Source: Myxococcota bacterium (lineage in GTDB: Bacteria; Myxococcota_A; UBA9160; UBA6930). From it: 64,000 nt of DNA. Shown piece after piece: positions 1 through 9,898 of the stretch. The stretch is from contig OZ245002.1 in the NCBI GenBank assembly GCA_965223415.1, positions 2,752,001-2,816,000 on the forward strand, read 5' to 3'. Position 1 is the first letter of the stretch; each line of letters begins with the position of its first letter. The notes below the pieces were generated by a model. That model searched no databases. It saw nothing but the letters and a program-made list of their open reading frames with translations, and had not been told where the DNA came from. The translations under genes were made by a program, and so were the position numbers.

Positions 1-1
1 T

Positions 2-556
2 CACGTCGACCGCTCCATCCTGCTCCGCTTCGGCCTGCTGCTGCTGCCGATGGGCGCACTCGGCATCCTGGTCGCGCGGGAGCTGCCGGAGGCGGTGGTC
101 CGAGCGGCGATCGGCGTGTTCGTCCTCGTCGCCACCTGGGCGCCGGGCGCGCTCCTCCTCGGCACCCACCCGGAGGAGATCGATCGAAACCGGCGCTTCA
201 TCGGCCTCGGTGGAGTCTCGGGCTTCCTGAACGTGACGATCGGAGCGACCGGCCCGTTGATCGCCCCGTTCTTCCTCAACCTGGGGCTCCACCGCCAGGC
301 CCTGGTCGGGACGAAGGCCGGCTGCCAGCTGCTCGGACACGCTGCCAAGATCCTGCTCTTCGGCGCGGCGGGCTTCGCCTTCGCGGACCACCTCCCACTG
401 TTGTTAGGCGCGACGGCCGCAGTGGTGGCCGGGACCTGGATCGGGAGTCACATTCTCGATCGGGTGAGCGAGCGGTTCTTCACCTTCCTCTACCGGACGG
501 TGCTCACCCTGATCGCCCTGCGCCTCTTGACGATGGAGCTCCTCGCCTTGACCTGA
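2..556 (+). CDS. TauE/SafE (sulfite exporter-like) membrane protein, 5' end outside window
   Basis: Open frame from window edge; hydrophobic helices with GFLNVTIGATGP and G-TWIG-x-IL pattern typical of TSUP family. Confidence 0.8.
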   Translation, partial: HVDRSILLRFGLLLLPMGALGILVARELPEAVVRAAIGVFVLVATWAPGALLLGTHPEEIDRNRRFIGLGGVSGFLNVTIGATGPLIAPFFLNLGLHRQALVGTKAGCQLLGHAAKILLFGAAGFAFADHLPLLLGATAAVVAGTWIGSHILDRVSERFFTFLYRTVLTLIALRLLTMELLALT

Positions 557-720
557 GGGGGCGCCCGCCGGATCCCCGAGGCAGATCCCGGGAAAATGCC
601 CGGGAACCGGAATGCGGAGCCCGCCCCACCGCCGCACTTGCGCTTTTTGCGCTCCATCGGGGCGCGCATCATCCGATACGGGAGGCGTCTGTCGTGATGC
701 GACAGGGAGGGGTGCATTCG

Positions 721-1344
721 ATGATCAAGGCGGGAAGCGACGTTCACTTCCGGGATCCGAGGGTGACGAACGAACGCGTGCTGTATCACGCGGTCGTCGA
801 CGCGGCGGACGAGGACGACCGCTGGGTGGCGACGTTCTCGGCCGGCTGCCCGGCGATCGAGGCCGAGCAGGACGTGCTGATCTACTTCGAGATCAAGCGC
901 GAGTTCATGCAGCAGCCGGCCCGGGTCCATGATCTGGAAGAGGAGGACGGCAGCAAGCGCGTCACCTTCGAGGCCGTCGGCGACCCGGTCTCCGCCGAGA
1001 GCCGGCAGCACTACCGGGTCTCGACGATCACCTCGGACGTCTCCGCCCGCATCGGCGGCGAAGACGGATGCAAGGTCGTGGACATCAGCTCGACCGGCTT
1101 TGCCGCCGTCTCGGCCCACGCCTACGACATCGGAGCGAAGGTCGACGTGGTGATCGAGTATGGCGGCCAGCGCTGCGAGGGCGAGGCATCGGTCCAGTCC
1201 GTGCGGGAGAAGCCCGGCGGAAGGTTCCGCTACGGGCTGCTCTCGATCGCCGACGCCGACGGACCCGACTTCCAGGAGCGCCTGAACGAGATCAGCCTCG
1301 AGATCCAACGCTCCCAGCTCCGCCGCTTGTCCGGAGCCGGGTGA
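721..1344 (+). CDS. PilZ-domain protein
   Basis: RQHYR (RxxxR) followed by DISSTG (DxSxxG) c-di-GMP-binding motifs. Confidence 0.8.
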   Translation: MIKAGSDVHFRDPRVTNERVLYHAVVDAADEDDRWVATFSAGCPAIEAEQDVLIYFEIKREFMQQPARVHDLEEEDGSKRVTFEAVGDPVSAESRQHYRVSTITSDVSARIGGEDGCKVVDISSTGFAAVSAHAYDIGAKVDVVIEYGGQRCEGEASVQSVREKPGGRFRYGLLSIADADGPDFQERLNEISLEIQRSQLRRLSGAG

Positions 1345-1356
1345 GCCGGAGCGCGG

Positions 1357-2130
1357 CTACGACGTGGTCGAGACGCCGCCGTCCACCGGGATGACGGCAC
1401 CGGTGACGTAGGCTCCCGCGCGGGAGGCCAGGAAGAGGGCGGCACCGGCCATGTCCTCCGGCGTTCCGATGCGGCCGCGCGGGTTCGAAGCGCGGATGTG
1501 GTCGCCGAAGTGTTCGAGGGTCTCGGCCATCATCTTGCTCTCGAAGGGCCCGGGGGCGATGGCATTCACGGTGACGTCCTCCCCGGCCAGGCGCTTCGCC
1601 ATCACCCGCGTCAGATGGTGCACCCCGGCCTTGCAGGCGGAGTAGGCGTAGGTCTCGAGGTCCGGCGGCTTGATGCCGTCGATGGAACCGACGTTGATCA
1701 CCCGCGCCGGGTCCTCTGCGCTGGCGGTCTTGCGAAGCATCGGCAGCAGCTTCACCGTCAGGTGGAAGACGCCCTTCAGGTTGAGGGCAAAGACCTTGTC
1801 CCAGCCTGCGTCCGGGTATTCCTCGAGGGGCGCTCCCCAGTTGGCGCCGGCGTTGTTCACGAGGACGTGCACGCCAGGCTCGCGGGCGGCCACGGCCTCG
1901 ACGAAGGCCACCGCGCCGGCCTCGCTGGAGAGATCCGCCGGGATGCCGACGCAGTGGCCGAGCTTGCCCAGCTCCGCCTCCGTCTCGGCGCAGGCAAGGG
2001 CCTTGCGGGAGGCCACGACCACGCGGGCGCCGGCCTCGACGTAGCCCTGGGCGATCATCCGCCCGATGCCGCGGGTGCCGCCGGTGACCACCGCCACCCG
2101 ATCCCGAACCGAGAAGAGCTCTTCGATCAT
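1357..2130 (-). CDS. SDR family oxidoreductase
   Basis: TGGTRGIG, NNAG, YSACK (YxxxK), VNAIAPG, VDGG motifs. Confidence 0.95.
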   Translation of the reverse strand: MIEELFSVRDRVAVVTGGTRGIGRMIAQGYVEAGARVVVASRKALACAETEAELGKLGHCVGIPADLSSEAGAVAFVEAVAAREPGVHVLVNNAGANWGAPLEEYPDAGWDKVFALNLKGVFHLTVKLLPMLRKTASAEDPARVINVGSIDGIKPPDLETYAYSACKAGVHHLTRVMAKRLAGEDVTVNAIAPGPFESKMMAETLEHFGDHIRASNPRGRIGTPEDMAGAALFLASRAGAYVTGAVIPVDGGVSTTS

Positions 2131-2279
2131 GGCGAGGCAGCATAGCCGGCTCCCGTTTCAGCCAGCGGCTTCGCTCGCCGATCCTCTCCCCGTGGCGGGG
2201 CTCGGACTGCGATCCGGGGCGGAACCGGCTCGCCGGCGAGGAGCCGGACGTCCGTCCGCACCCGGGGAGCCCGGGAGGA

Positions 2280-2834
2280 TCAGTTCACACCCTGGGTCGC
2301 CACCAGGGTGGCGGGCTCGATGCCGAGGCTGCGAACTGCGGCCTCCCAGAGGCCTTCCTTCGGCGTGTCGAAGACGAGGGCGTCGCTCATCGGCACCACC
2401 AGCCAGGCGCCGGCCGCGATCTCTCCCTCGAGCTGGCCCGGCGCCCAGCCGGACGAGCCGAGGAACAGCCGGGACGGGATCTCCGGGCTCTCGGCCACGT
2501 AGCGCAGGGCTTCCCGGGAGCCGCTCCAGCGCACGCCCGCGGCCACGATCTCGGCGTCGGGGACGTCCTCCAGCGATTCGCGGAAGACGATCCAGCCCTG
2601 GTCCTGCTGGACCGGGCCGCCCCAATCCACCGTCGCGTCCTCGGCGCCGCGCCACGGGATCTCGAGGCTTCCGCACAGCTCCGTCGCCGGGAAGTTGGTG
2701 CCGCGGTTCAGCACCAGCCCGAAGGCTCCCTGCTGCTCGTCGTGATGGATCATCAGCACGACACTGCGGCGGAAGTTCGGGTCCACCAGGGTGTCGAGAG
2801 CGACGAGGAAGCCCGGTGCGAGGGGAGTGGCCAC
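2280..2834 (-). CDS. YqgE/AlgH family protein
   Basis: DPNFRRSVVL, GAFGLVLNR, GGPV, GWAPGQLEGEI motifs. Confidence 0.92.
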   Translation of the reverse strand: MATPLAPGFLVALDTLVDPNFRRSVVLMIHHDEQQGAFGLVLNRGTNFPATELCGSLEIPWRGAEDATVDWGGPVQQDQGWIVFRESLEDVPDAEIVAAGVRWSGSREALRYVAESPEIPSRLFLGSSGWAPGQLEGEIAAGAWLVVPMSDALVFDTPKEGLWEAAVRSLGIEPATLVATQGVN

Positions 2835-2901
2835 GGGGCGAGGGTAGCCGAAGGCTCGTGCCGGGAGATCGACCGCCCGGGATCGGGGCTAGCCTGCGCC
2901 A

Positions 2902-3624
2902 ATGGACCCGAGGCTCCAGACCGCGCTGCTCAGTCAGCTCCTGTGGCTGACCGCGGCCGTCCTGGGTGCGGCGATGGCGGGCGGCTCGCTGCGGGAGCGC
3001 CTGGGGGTCGTCCCGGGGCGGCTCCCCTGGCGGGCGACCCTGCTCGCGGTGGGCGGTTTCGTCGCGCTCTCCGTCGCCGCCGACGCCGTCCTGCGCATCC
3101 TCGCGCTGCGGGAAGGCGGCAGCCTGCAGCGGCTGGACGAGCTGGCGAGCGCCCAGGCCCGCGGCGGCGCCGTGGCCGCACTGCTGATCCTGGGCGTCCT
3201 CCCGGCGATCTGCGAGGAGCTCCTGTTTCGCGGCTTCGCCCAGCGGATCCTGGTGGCGCGGCTCGGGGCGGCGGCCGGCGTCACCGCCTCGGCGGCGCTC
3301 TTCGGGCTCGCCCACGGCGATCCGGTGCACGGCGCCGCGGCCTTCGCCCTGGGGCTCTTCCTGGGCGCGGTGGCCCACCTGACGGGGGGCGTGGGGGCGG
3401 CGGTCCTCTGCCACGGCGCGAACAACCTGCTGGGGGTGGCCGGCGCCATGGCCCCCTGGCGGCCCCCCGGACCCTCCGGCCCCGGGATCGCCCTCCTGGT
3501 GGGCCTCGCGGCCCTGGCCCTGTGGAGGGTCGCCAGGTCCGCCCGGTCCGAGCCGGCCACGCCGGCGCCGGAAGCCCCGGGGGGAGAGCTACAGCGGCCG
3601 GCCGGGAATGCCGAACCTCCGTAG
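2902..3624 (+). CDS. CPBP (CAAX prenyl protease-like) intramembrane metalloprotease
   Basis: EELLFRG, FGLAH and HGANN motifs in a multi-TM protein. Confidence 0.9.
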   Translation: MDPRLQTALLSQLLWLTAAVLGAAMAGGSLRERLGVVPGRLPWRATLLAVGGFVALSVAADAVLRILALREGGSLQRLDELASAQARGGAVAALLILGVLPAICEELLFRGFAQRILVARLGAAAGVTASAALFGLAHGDPVHGAAAFALGLFLGAVAHLTGGVGAAVLCHGANNLLGVAGAMAPWRPPGPSGPGIALLVGLAALALWRVARSARSEPATPAPEAPGGELQRPAGNAEPP

Positions 3625-3629
3625 GCACC

Positions 3630-4784
3630 ATGGCATCACCCTCGGTTCTGCTGATCGACGACGGAGAGCTGGACGACGTCCGCGTGCTGCTGGCGCAGCT
3701 GGGCGTGGAGTTCCAGCATCTCCGCGGCGGCCAGGTTCCGGAGCGGGTCGAGCCGCCGCGGGACCTGCTCGTCTGCACCTCGCGCCGCGCACTCCTCACG
3801 GAACGCTGGCCGGCGACCGGCGGCCCCGCGAAGATCGCCATCGTCACCGAGGACTCGAACACCCTGCGGAACCTGCTGCGCCGGTGCGGCTTCGACCTGC
3901 TGGTGCGGCGCCCGGTGCATCCCTACGCGCTCCGGCTGGTGGTGCTGCGCGCCCTCTATTCGGGCAACGAGCGCCGCGACGGACGGCGGGTTCCGATCGG
4001 CCACCCGGTCCACTACCGCACCGGCCTGCGCAGCAAGAAGGCGTGGATGGCCGATCTCTCGCTGCGCGGCTGCCGCCTGTTGATGGACGAATCGCCGCAG
4101 CCGGGCTCGCGGCTCTCGCTGCAGATCCCGAGCACGTTCGCCGACGGCCGCGGCCTCAGCTTGCGCGGCAAGGTGCTGCGGGTTCTCCCGGCCGGCGACC
4201 AGGGAGCTGGAGCGAGCTTCGCCGCCGCGATCCACTTCGAGAAGCTCTCGATGCCGGTCAAGCGCCGCGTCTTCCAGATCCTGAACGACCGGTCGCACGG
4301 CCCGTCGGTGCTGCGGGAGCCGCTGCCCGCGGGCGACGTCGAGGCGACCGATGTCTGTGCCGACGCCGTCCAGGCCGCGCCGATCGCCGCACCCGCTTCA
4401 CCGGAGAATCGCCGCAAGCACGACCGGGTGGTGTACGAGCAGGAGATCCGCGTCCAGGGCGACGAGGCCCAGAGCGTTCTCATGGGCCGCAACCTCTCCA
4501 TGGGCGGCATGCAGATCGACCCCCATCCGGACCTCAAGGTGGGAAACACCCTGGAGATCGCGCTCTACGGCGACGCCGAGGACGACCCTTTCCTCGTGAA
4601 GGCCAAGGTGATCCGCCGCCAGTCCTGCGCAGCCCTCGGCCTCGAGTTCGTCGACATCGCGCCGGCTGTCGCCGCCCGCCTCGACCGCCTCGTCTCCCAC
4701 CTCCCGGCCGTCGAGCCTCTCCAGGAGGGAGAGAGCGACGCCATGGGCAGCATCGTCTCCCGCATCCTCCGCCGCGAACCCTAG
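3630..4784 (+). CDS. Tandem PilZ-domain protein with degenerate receiver-like N-terminus
   Basis: Starts VLLIDD; two RxxxR + (D/N)LSxxG pairs (RRDGRR/DLSLRG; RRKHDR/NLSMGG). Confidence 0.8.
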   Translation: MASPSVLLIDDGELDDVRVLLAQLGVEFQHLRGGQVPERVEPPRDLLVCTSRRALLTERWPATGGPAKIAIVTEDSNTLRNLLRRCGFDLLVRRPVHPYALRLVVLRALYSGNERRDGRRVPIGHPVHYRTGLRSKKAWMADLSLRGCRLLMDESPQPGSRLSLQIPSTFADGRGLSLRGKVLRVLPAGDQGAGASFAAAIHFEKLSMPVKRRVFQILNDRSHGPSVLREPLPAGDVEATDVCADAVQAAPIAAPASPENRRKHDRVVYEQEIRVQGDEAQSVLMGRNLSMGGMQIDPHPDLKVGNTLEIALYGDAEDDPFLVKAKVIRRQSCAALGLEFVDIAPAVAARLDRLVSHLPAVEPLQEGESDAMGSIVSRILRREP

Positions 4785-4824
4785 CCCCGCCTTGTGGCGT
4801 TAGGCGCCGGCTCCGTTCGTTGCG

Positions 4825-6324
4825 TCATCCGCCGACGCGGTGGGCGGTGACGCTGCGAACTTGGAGAGGCTCGGGGTTGCAGACCCCCTTCGGGCAGAAG
4901 GCGACCTTCAGCACCTCGGCGGCGAGCTGGCTGGCGCTCATCCAGTAGAGCGGGCCCTGGACGGCGACGGTGGCGACGGCCAGCTTGGGCTCGTCGGCGG
5001 GCGCGACGCCGATGAACCACTCGTAGCGACCGGTCGGATCCCTGCCGTTCAGGCTGCCGGTCTTTCCTGCCACGTCGATACCTTTCAGCAGCGGGTGGCC
5101 GCGGCGGGTGCGAAACGCCTTGCGAGCGGTGCCGCGGCGAGTGGTGTCGACGAGCATCTCGCGCAGGTCCTTGGCGAGGCCCGGCGTGAGCACGCGCACG
5201 GGCTCGGGCGTCGGGGCCAGGGGCATCTCCAGACCGCCGTCCCCCTCGACCCTCGCCACCCAACGGGGGGCGACGCGCTTGCCGTGGGCGAGGACGGCGG
5301 CCAGCTGCACCGCGTGGAGCGGCGTGATCCGCAGCCCGTCCAGCCCGGAGCCGAGCTTGCCAAGCGCCAGCCGGTCCTCCTCCTCGCCGGTGAGGCGACC
5401 GGGCCGGTGGGTGCGCGCCGGCGGCGTGAGGAAGCCGAACCGGTCGATCGCGCGCACCAGGCTGTCCCGCCCGATGTGATGCACCGCGTACTGGGCGAAG
5501 CACTTGTTGTTCGACGTGGCGAGGGCCTTGCGCAGGTTCGCCCGGTTCCCTCCTCGGGACGGCGGGTCGATGTGCCGGGCGCGCAGGCGATAGGGATCCC
5601 CGGCGAAGCGGCAGGTCTCCCCGGCGGCCCCGGGCCGCTTGTCGAGCAGCGCGGCCGCCGTGACCACCTTCACGAGAGACGCCGCGGGGTAGGCCTGGGC
5701 CGGCGGGAACCGCTCCGGATCCGTCGACACGTAGGCCAGCAGCTCGCCGGTCCGGGGGTCCATCAGCAGCACGTGACCGAGCGAGACCCGGCCGCGGTCG
5801 AGGACCTTCCAGATCTGGCGGGTGAGCTCGCTGTCGAGGGTGTACTCGACCCGAAGACCGTCGGCGGTGCGCGGTACCTCGAGGTTCCCCCGACCCACTG
5901 GCGGCGCCCACAGCTCGTCGGGCAGCGGGGCGAGCGGCGGCGCCGAGGCGACCGGCGGCGGCGCAGCCGTCGAGGGCGCGGAAGCGACGGAGGGAGGCGC
6001 GGCGACGGGAGACGCCGCTGCCGGCTTCGTCGCGGCGGGCACCGGCTCGTCGTCAGCGGAGAAGCCGAGGCTCGCGAGGGCGCCGAGCACCAACAGCACT
6101 CCGGCAGCGATCGTCAGCCGGCCGCGCAGCGTCATGCGGCGGCGGCCATTTCGCGCTCGGGGCTCCCCTTCGCGCGCGCGGACCCGCGCCAGCCCACCTT
6201 CCGCGAGGGCCCGCGCAGCGGCCCACCCGCGGGCCAGCGGCGCCCACGGCCGCGGCCTGCGCGTTCGCCTCCGCGTCCTGGTGAAGAACGGGCGACGCCC
6301 CGACGGCTCGAATCCCCCCGACAT
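4825..6324 (-). CDS. Penicillin-binding transpeptidase-domain protein
   Basis: SLVK (SxxK), SNN (SxN), KTG motifs; single TM plus Pro/Ala linker; start uncertain. Confidence 0.88.
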   Translation of the reverse strand: MSGGFEPSGRRPFFTRTRRRTRRPRPWAPLARGWAAARALAEGGLARVRAREGEPRARNGRRRMTLRGRLTIAAGVLLVLGALASLGFSADDEPVPAATKPAAASPVAAPPSVASAPSTAAPPPVASAPPLAPLPDELWAPPVGRGNLEVPRTADGLRVEYTLDSELTRQIWKVLDRGRVSLGHVLLMDPRTGELLAYVSTDPERFPPAQAYPAASLVKVVTAAALLDKRPGAAGETCRFAGDPYRLRARHIDPPSRGGNRANLRKALATSNNKCFAQYAVHHIGRDSLVRAIDRFGFLTPPARTHRPGRLTGEEEDRLALGKLGSGLDGLRITPLHAVQLAAVLAHGKRVAPRWVARVEGDGGLEMPLAPTPEPVRVLTPGLAKDLREMLVDTTRRGTARKAFRTRRGHPLLKGIDVAGKTGSLNGRDPTGRYEWFIGVAPADEPKLAVATVAVQGPLYWMSASQLAAEVLKVAFCPKGVCNPEPLQVRSVTAHRVGG

Positions 6325-6436
6325 GGCCCAAAGGCCTCCTCTCGGCTCCGGATCCCGACATGCGGGCATCCGGTCCTGCATCGGCCCGCGCGTCGGGGGG
6401 ACGGGTGCGCGGGCTCACGCTTCTACTGTGACGACC

Positions 6437-7012
6437 TCACACCTGGATGACCCGCTCGACCTCCGGGACGACCTCCTTGAGGCGCCCCTCGATGCCGAAG
6501 CGCAGGGTGGCCGTGGAGCTGGGACAGCCCACGCAGGAGCCCTGCAGCATGACCTCGACGGTTCCGTCGGCGAACGAGACGAACACGACGTCGCCGCCGT
6601 CCATCGCCACCGCCGGCCGGATCTCGTTCTCGAGCACGGCCTTGATCCGCTCCTCCACCTCGCCGCCCCCGGCGGCGGCCGGCTGGGCCTCGAAGGCCGG
6701 GCCGAGGGCCGCCTCGCCGGACGCGGCGAAGGCCTTGATCGCGTCGACGACCGGCTGGGCGAGGTCTGTCCACTCGGGCTCCTCCTCCTTCGTCACGGTG
6801 ACGAAGTTCTGCCCGATGAACACACCGACGACCCCCTTCACGGCGAAGAGCGCCGCAGCGAGGGGAGAGATGTCTTCGCCCACCGGCTCGCGGAAGTTCG
6901 CGGTCGCGCCGGCCGGCGCGAGCTCCGCCGAGAGCATCCACTTGATGCTCTGCGGGTTCGGCGTGCGCTCGGCGTGCATCCGGAAGCCGAGTCCGGGGCT
7001 GGCGGCGGGCAT
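6437..7012 (-). CDS. NifU/Nfu1-type Fe-S scaffold protein
   Basis: TPNP N-terminal scaffold domain; IRPAVAMDGGD and GSCVGCPSS (CxxC). Confidence 0.93.
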   Translation of the reverse strand: MPAASPGLGFRMHAERTPNPQSIKWMLSAELAPAGATANFREPVGEDISPLAAALFAVKGVVGVFIGQNFVTVTKEEEPEWTDLAQPVVDAIKAFAASGEAALGPAFEAQPAAAGGGEVEERIKAVLENEIRPAVAMDGGDVVFVSFADGTVEVMLQGSCVGCPSSTATLRFGIEGRLKEVVPEVERVIQV

Positions 7013-7063
7013 GGAGGAGGTCCTTCCGGGGGGCTCCGCAAGGGTAGGGAGCCGGGAGGGATT

Positions 7064-7828
7064 TCACACGTCGCCGAAGAGCTCGCGCTCGAGGCCCTCC
7101 AGGGTGAGCACCAGGTGCCCCGCCGCCCGCGCCTCCCGGACTTCGCGCTCGCCGTTGTAGCCCCAGCTCGCCAGGGCGCAACGCACACCCAGTGGCGCCA
7201 CCGAAGCCAGGTGGTTGAGCTTGTCGTCGACGAAGGTGATCTCGGGCAGGGCGGTGCCGGTGCGGGCGGCCAGCGCCTCCAGGTGGGCGCGCTTGCTGCG
7301 TCCGGCCTCCTTGTCGAGCACGCGCTCGGCCGGAAAGAGATCCGCCACGCCGTAGCGCTCCAGCAGCTGCTCCACCGAGGCACGATCCTTGGCCGTGGCG
7401 ATCGCCAGCGTGACGTCGGCGGCACGCCGGCGAAGCACGGGCAGCACTTCGGGATAGGCGTCCATCTCCACCAGCCAGCCCTCGCGATCGCGGGCCGCCC
7501 AGGCCGCGCGCACCTCGTAGAAGCGGGCGTGGAAGGCGGCCAGCTCCTCGGGGCTCTGCTCGGCGAAGAAGGCGTCGTAGGCGGCCTGGTCCGGCAGCGG
7601 GACGTCGGCCTCCAGGGCCAGGAGCGCGACCAGGTAGTCCTCGGCCCGGTTGCCGAGCGGCATCAGCGCGACGAAGGAGGCGAAGAGCCCGGGCGCCTCG
7701 GCTGCGCGGAGTGCGCGGGGGTGGCGCCCTCCCTGGCGCAGCTCGTGATAGGTCTCGAGGGCGACGACGAAGGCCTCCCGCGCCGAGTCGGAGACCACAC
7801 CGTCGAAATCGAGGGCGAGCACCTTCAC
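7064..7828 (-). CDS. HAD-family hydrolase
   Basis: LALDFDGV motif I, FVDD motif IV, WGY; GTG start overlaps upstream stop (GTGA). Confidence 0.88.
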   Translation of the reverse strand: MKVLALDFDGVVSDSAREAFVVALETYHELRQGGRHPRALRAAEAPGLFASFVALMPLGNRAEDYLVALLALEADVPLPDQAAYDAFFAEQSPEELAAFHARFYEVRAAWAARDREGWLVEMDAYPEVLPVLRRRAADVTLAIATAKDRASVEQLLERYGVADLFPAERVLDKEAGRSKRAHLEALAARTGTALPEITFVDDKLNHLASVAPLGVRCALASWGYNGEREVREARAAGHLVLTLEGLERELFGDV

Positions 7829-8835
7829 GCACCCACCTCGAGCACGGCGGCGCCGCGGATGCGGTCCTCCTTCAAGTCGAGCAGGGCCTCGTTCGCACGC
7901 TCCAGGGGATAGGGCACGGTGTGGGTCGCGATCGGGATCTCGCGGGCGAGGCGCAGCAGGGTGCGGGCGTCCGCCCGGGTGTTGGCGGTGACGCTCACCA
8001 GCTGCCGCTCCTGGAAGAGGTGGCGCGGGTAGTCGAGGGGCGGGATCTCGCTCAGGTGGATGCCGGCGAGGGCGAGGGTGGCGCCCCGGTCGAGCGCCTC
8101 GAGAGCGGGGGGAACGAGGCTCCCGGCGGGTGCGAACAGGATGGCGCCGTCGAGAGGCTCCGGCATCGCCTCGCTCGCCTCGCCCACCCAGTGGGCGCCC
8201 ATCTCCCGGGCCAGGGCCTGGTGCCGCTCGCCGCGACTGGCGACGTACACCCGGCAGCCGTGGTGGAGCGCGATCTGCAGGACGATGTGGGCCGAGCCCC
8301 CGAAGCCGTAGAGGCCGATCCGCCCGCCGGGCGGGACCTGGGAGCGCACCCAGGCCCGGTAGCCGATGATGCCGGCACACAACAGCGGCGCCATGCCGTG
8401 GGGATCGGCGTCGTCCGGAAGCGGATGGACGAAGGCCGCGGGGGCAACGACGGCCTCGGCATAGCCTCCGTCCCGATCCCAGCCGGTGAAGACGGGCTCG
8501 AGACACAGGTTCTCGTCGCCCCGACGGCAGAAGCGGCAGCGGCCGCAGCTCTCGTGGAGCCACGCCACGCCGACCCGCTCGCCCACGGCCGGGCGCTCGA
8601 CGCCGGGGCCCCGGGCCTCCACGCGCCCCACCACCTCGTGGCCGGGGACGACGTGGTCGCGACGGACGGCGAGGTCTCCCTCCGCCACGTGGAGATCGGT
8701 GCGGCACACGCCGCACACTTCGACCCGCACCCGCACCTCGCCGGGGCCCGGCTCGGGAAGGGGCAGGTCGGCCAGGCGGAGGGGCCGCTCGGCGGCAGGG
8801 CGGGGTGTATCGACCTGCATGGCGCGCATGGGCAT
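7825..8835 (-). CDS. Zinc-dependent alcohol dehydrogenase family protein
   Basis: CRTD, GHEVVG, CGRCRFC..NLC structural zinc cysteines, GFGGSA. Confidence 0.95.
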   Translation of the reverse strand: MPMRAMQVDTPRPAAERPLRLADLPLPEPGPGEVRVRVEVCGVCRTDLHVAEGDLAVRRDHVVPGHEVVGRVEARGPGVERPAVGERVGVAWLHESCGRCRFCRRGDENLCLEPVFTGWDRDGGYAEAVVAPAAFVHPLPDDADPHGMAPLLCAGIIGYRAWVRSQVPPGGRIGLYGFGGSAHIVLQIALHHGCRVYVASRGERHQALAREMGAHWVGEASEAMPEPLDGAILFAPAGSLVPPALEALDRGATLALAGIHLSEIPPLDYPRHLFQERQLVSVTANTRADARTLLRLAREIPIATHTVPYPLERANEALLDLKEDRIRGAAVLEVGA

Positions 8836-8893
8836 CCGGTAGCACGCGACGAAGCGGGGACCCAGCGGCAGCAGGGGCTACCCTCCGCCCGCC

Positions 8894-9880
8894 GTGGCCC
8901 AAACGAGTGGACGCACCAAGCTCTGGCAGCGCCTCCTGCCGTGGGTCGTCTCGGCCTCCGCGCTCGTCTACGTGTTCGGCTTCGCGACGGACTGGGGCCG
9001 GCTCGTCGAGGCGACCCGTCAGGCGAACCTGCCACTCTTCGTGCTGGTCGTGTCCATCGACAAGCTGGTCTTCTTCCTCGTGTGGGCGTGGCTGCAGGCC
9101 GAGGCCCTGCGGCGGCTGGTCACGCCAGTGCCGCGGCGGGAGGTGCTCTCGGTGCGGGCGGGCTCGGAGCTCTTCCGCGCGATCAGCAACCCGCTGGCCG
9201 ACGCCGCCTTCCTGGTGGGGGTCTCCCGGCTCACCGGCGGACGGCTCGACGCGGTCGTGACCGTCGCGCTGGTCCCCTTCGTCACCCACCTGATCGTGCT
9301 CCTGATCCAGCTCTCGGTGGCGCTGCCGTTCATGCCCGGCGGCCCGGAGCGCAACGAGCTCGTGATCTCGGCGGCAGCCCTGGGCTGGCTGGGCATCGCG
9401 CTCGTCGCCCTGAGCCTGCGCTTCGCGCCCGCCGGCCGGCTGCCCGGCGTGGCGCGTGCCCTGCGCTGGCTCGAGCGCATCCCGATGCGGCAGCTCGCGC
9501 CCTTCATCGGCTGGTTCCTGGTGCTGGCGATCTTCGACGTGGCCATCCAGGGCGTGGCCACTCGCGCCTTCGGCACGCCGATCCCGTGGATCGTCCTCGC
9601 CGGCCGGATTCCGATCCTCTATCTGGCCCTCGCCATGCCCTCGGTCGGCAACTTCGGCGTGCGCGAGTTCACCTGGGCCGAGCTCTACGCGGACTTCGGG
9701 GACCGGGACGCGCTGATCGCCTACGCCTTCGCCACCAACGCGATCTTCCTCGTATGGAACGTGGTCATCGGCGTCTTCTTCCTGCGCCGCGCCATCACGC
9801 TCGTCAGCGAGGTCCGCCGCACCCGCAAGAGCGGGGAGCGCGTCCCCGAGCCCATCCTCCATGACGCCCTGGACGGGTGA
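8894..9880 (+). CDS. Lysylphosphatidylglycerol synthase TM / flippase-like membrane protein
   Basis: About 8 TM segments, PSVGNFGVRE motif resembling the P-G-G-RE motif of UPF0104. Confidence 0.7.
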   Translation: MAQTSGRTKLWQRLLPWVVSASALVYVFGFATDWGRLVEATRQANLPLFVLVVSIDKLVFFLVWAWLQAEALRRLVTPVPRREVLSVRAGSELFRAISNPLADAAFLVGVSRLTGGRLDAVVTVALVPFVTHLIVLLIQLSVALPFMPGGPERNELVISAAALGWLGIALVALSLRFAPAGRLPGVARALRWLERIPMRQLAPFIGWFLVLAIFDVAIQGVATRAFGTPIPWIVLAGRIPILYLALAMPSVGNFGVREFTWAELYADFGDRDALIAYAFATNAIFLVWNVVIGVFFLRRAITLVSEVRRTRKSGERVPEPILHDALDG

Positions 9881-9898
9881 ACCCGACCGTGGGAACGT

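Noticed and set aside
2902..3624. CPBP ('Abi') protein as an abortive-infection defence gene
   Set aside because: The family name is historical; housekeeping context and no defence neighbours
7064..9862. 932-aa minus-strand ORF and similar long ORFs (e.g. 12725-15127, 32084-34465, 56276-58630)
   Set aside because: Stop-poor GC-rich shadow frames; only sub-parts (HAD from 7828, ilvE from 32953) are real genes
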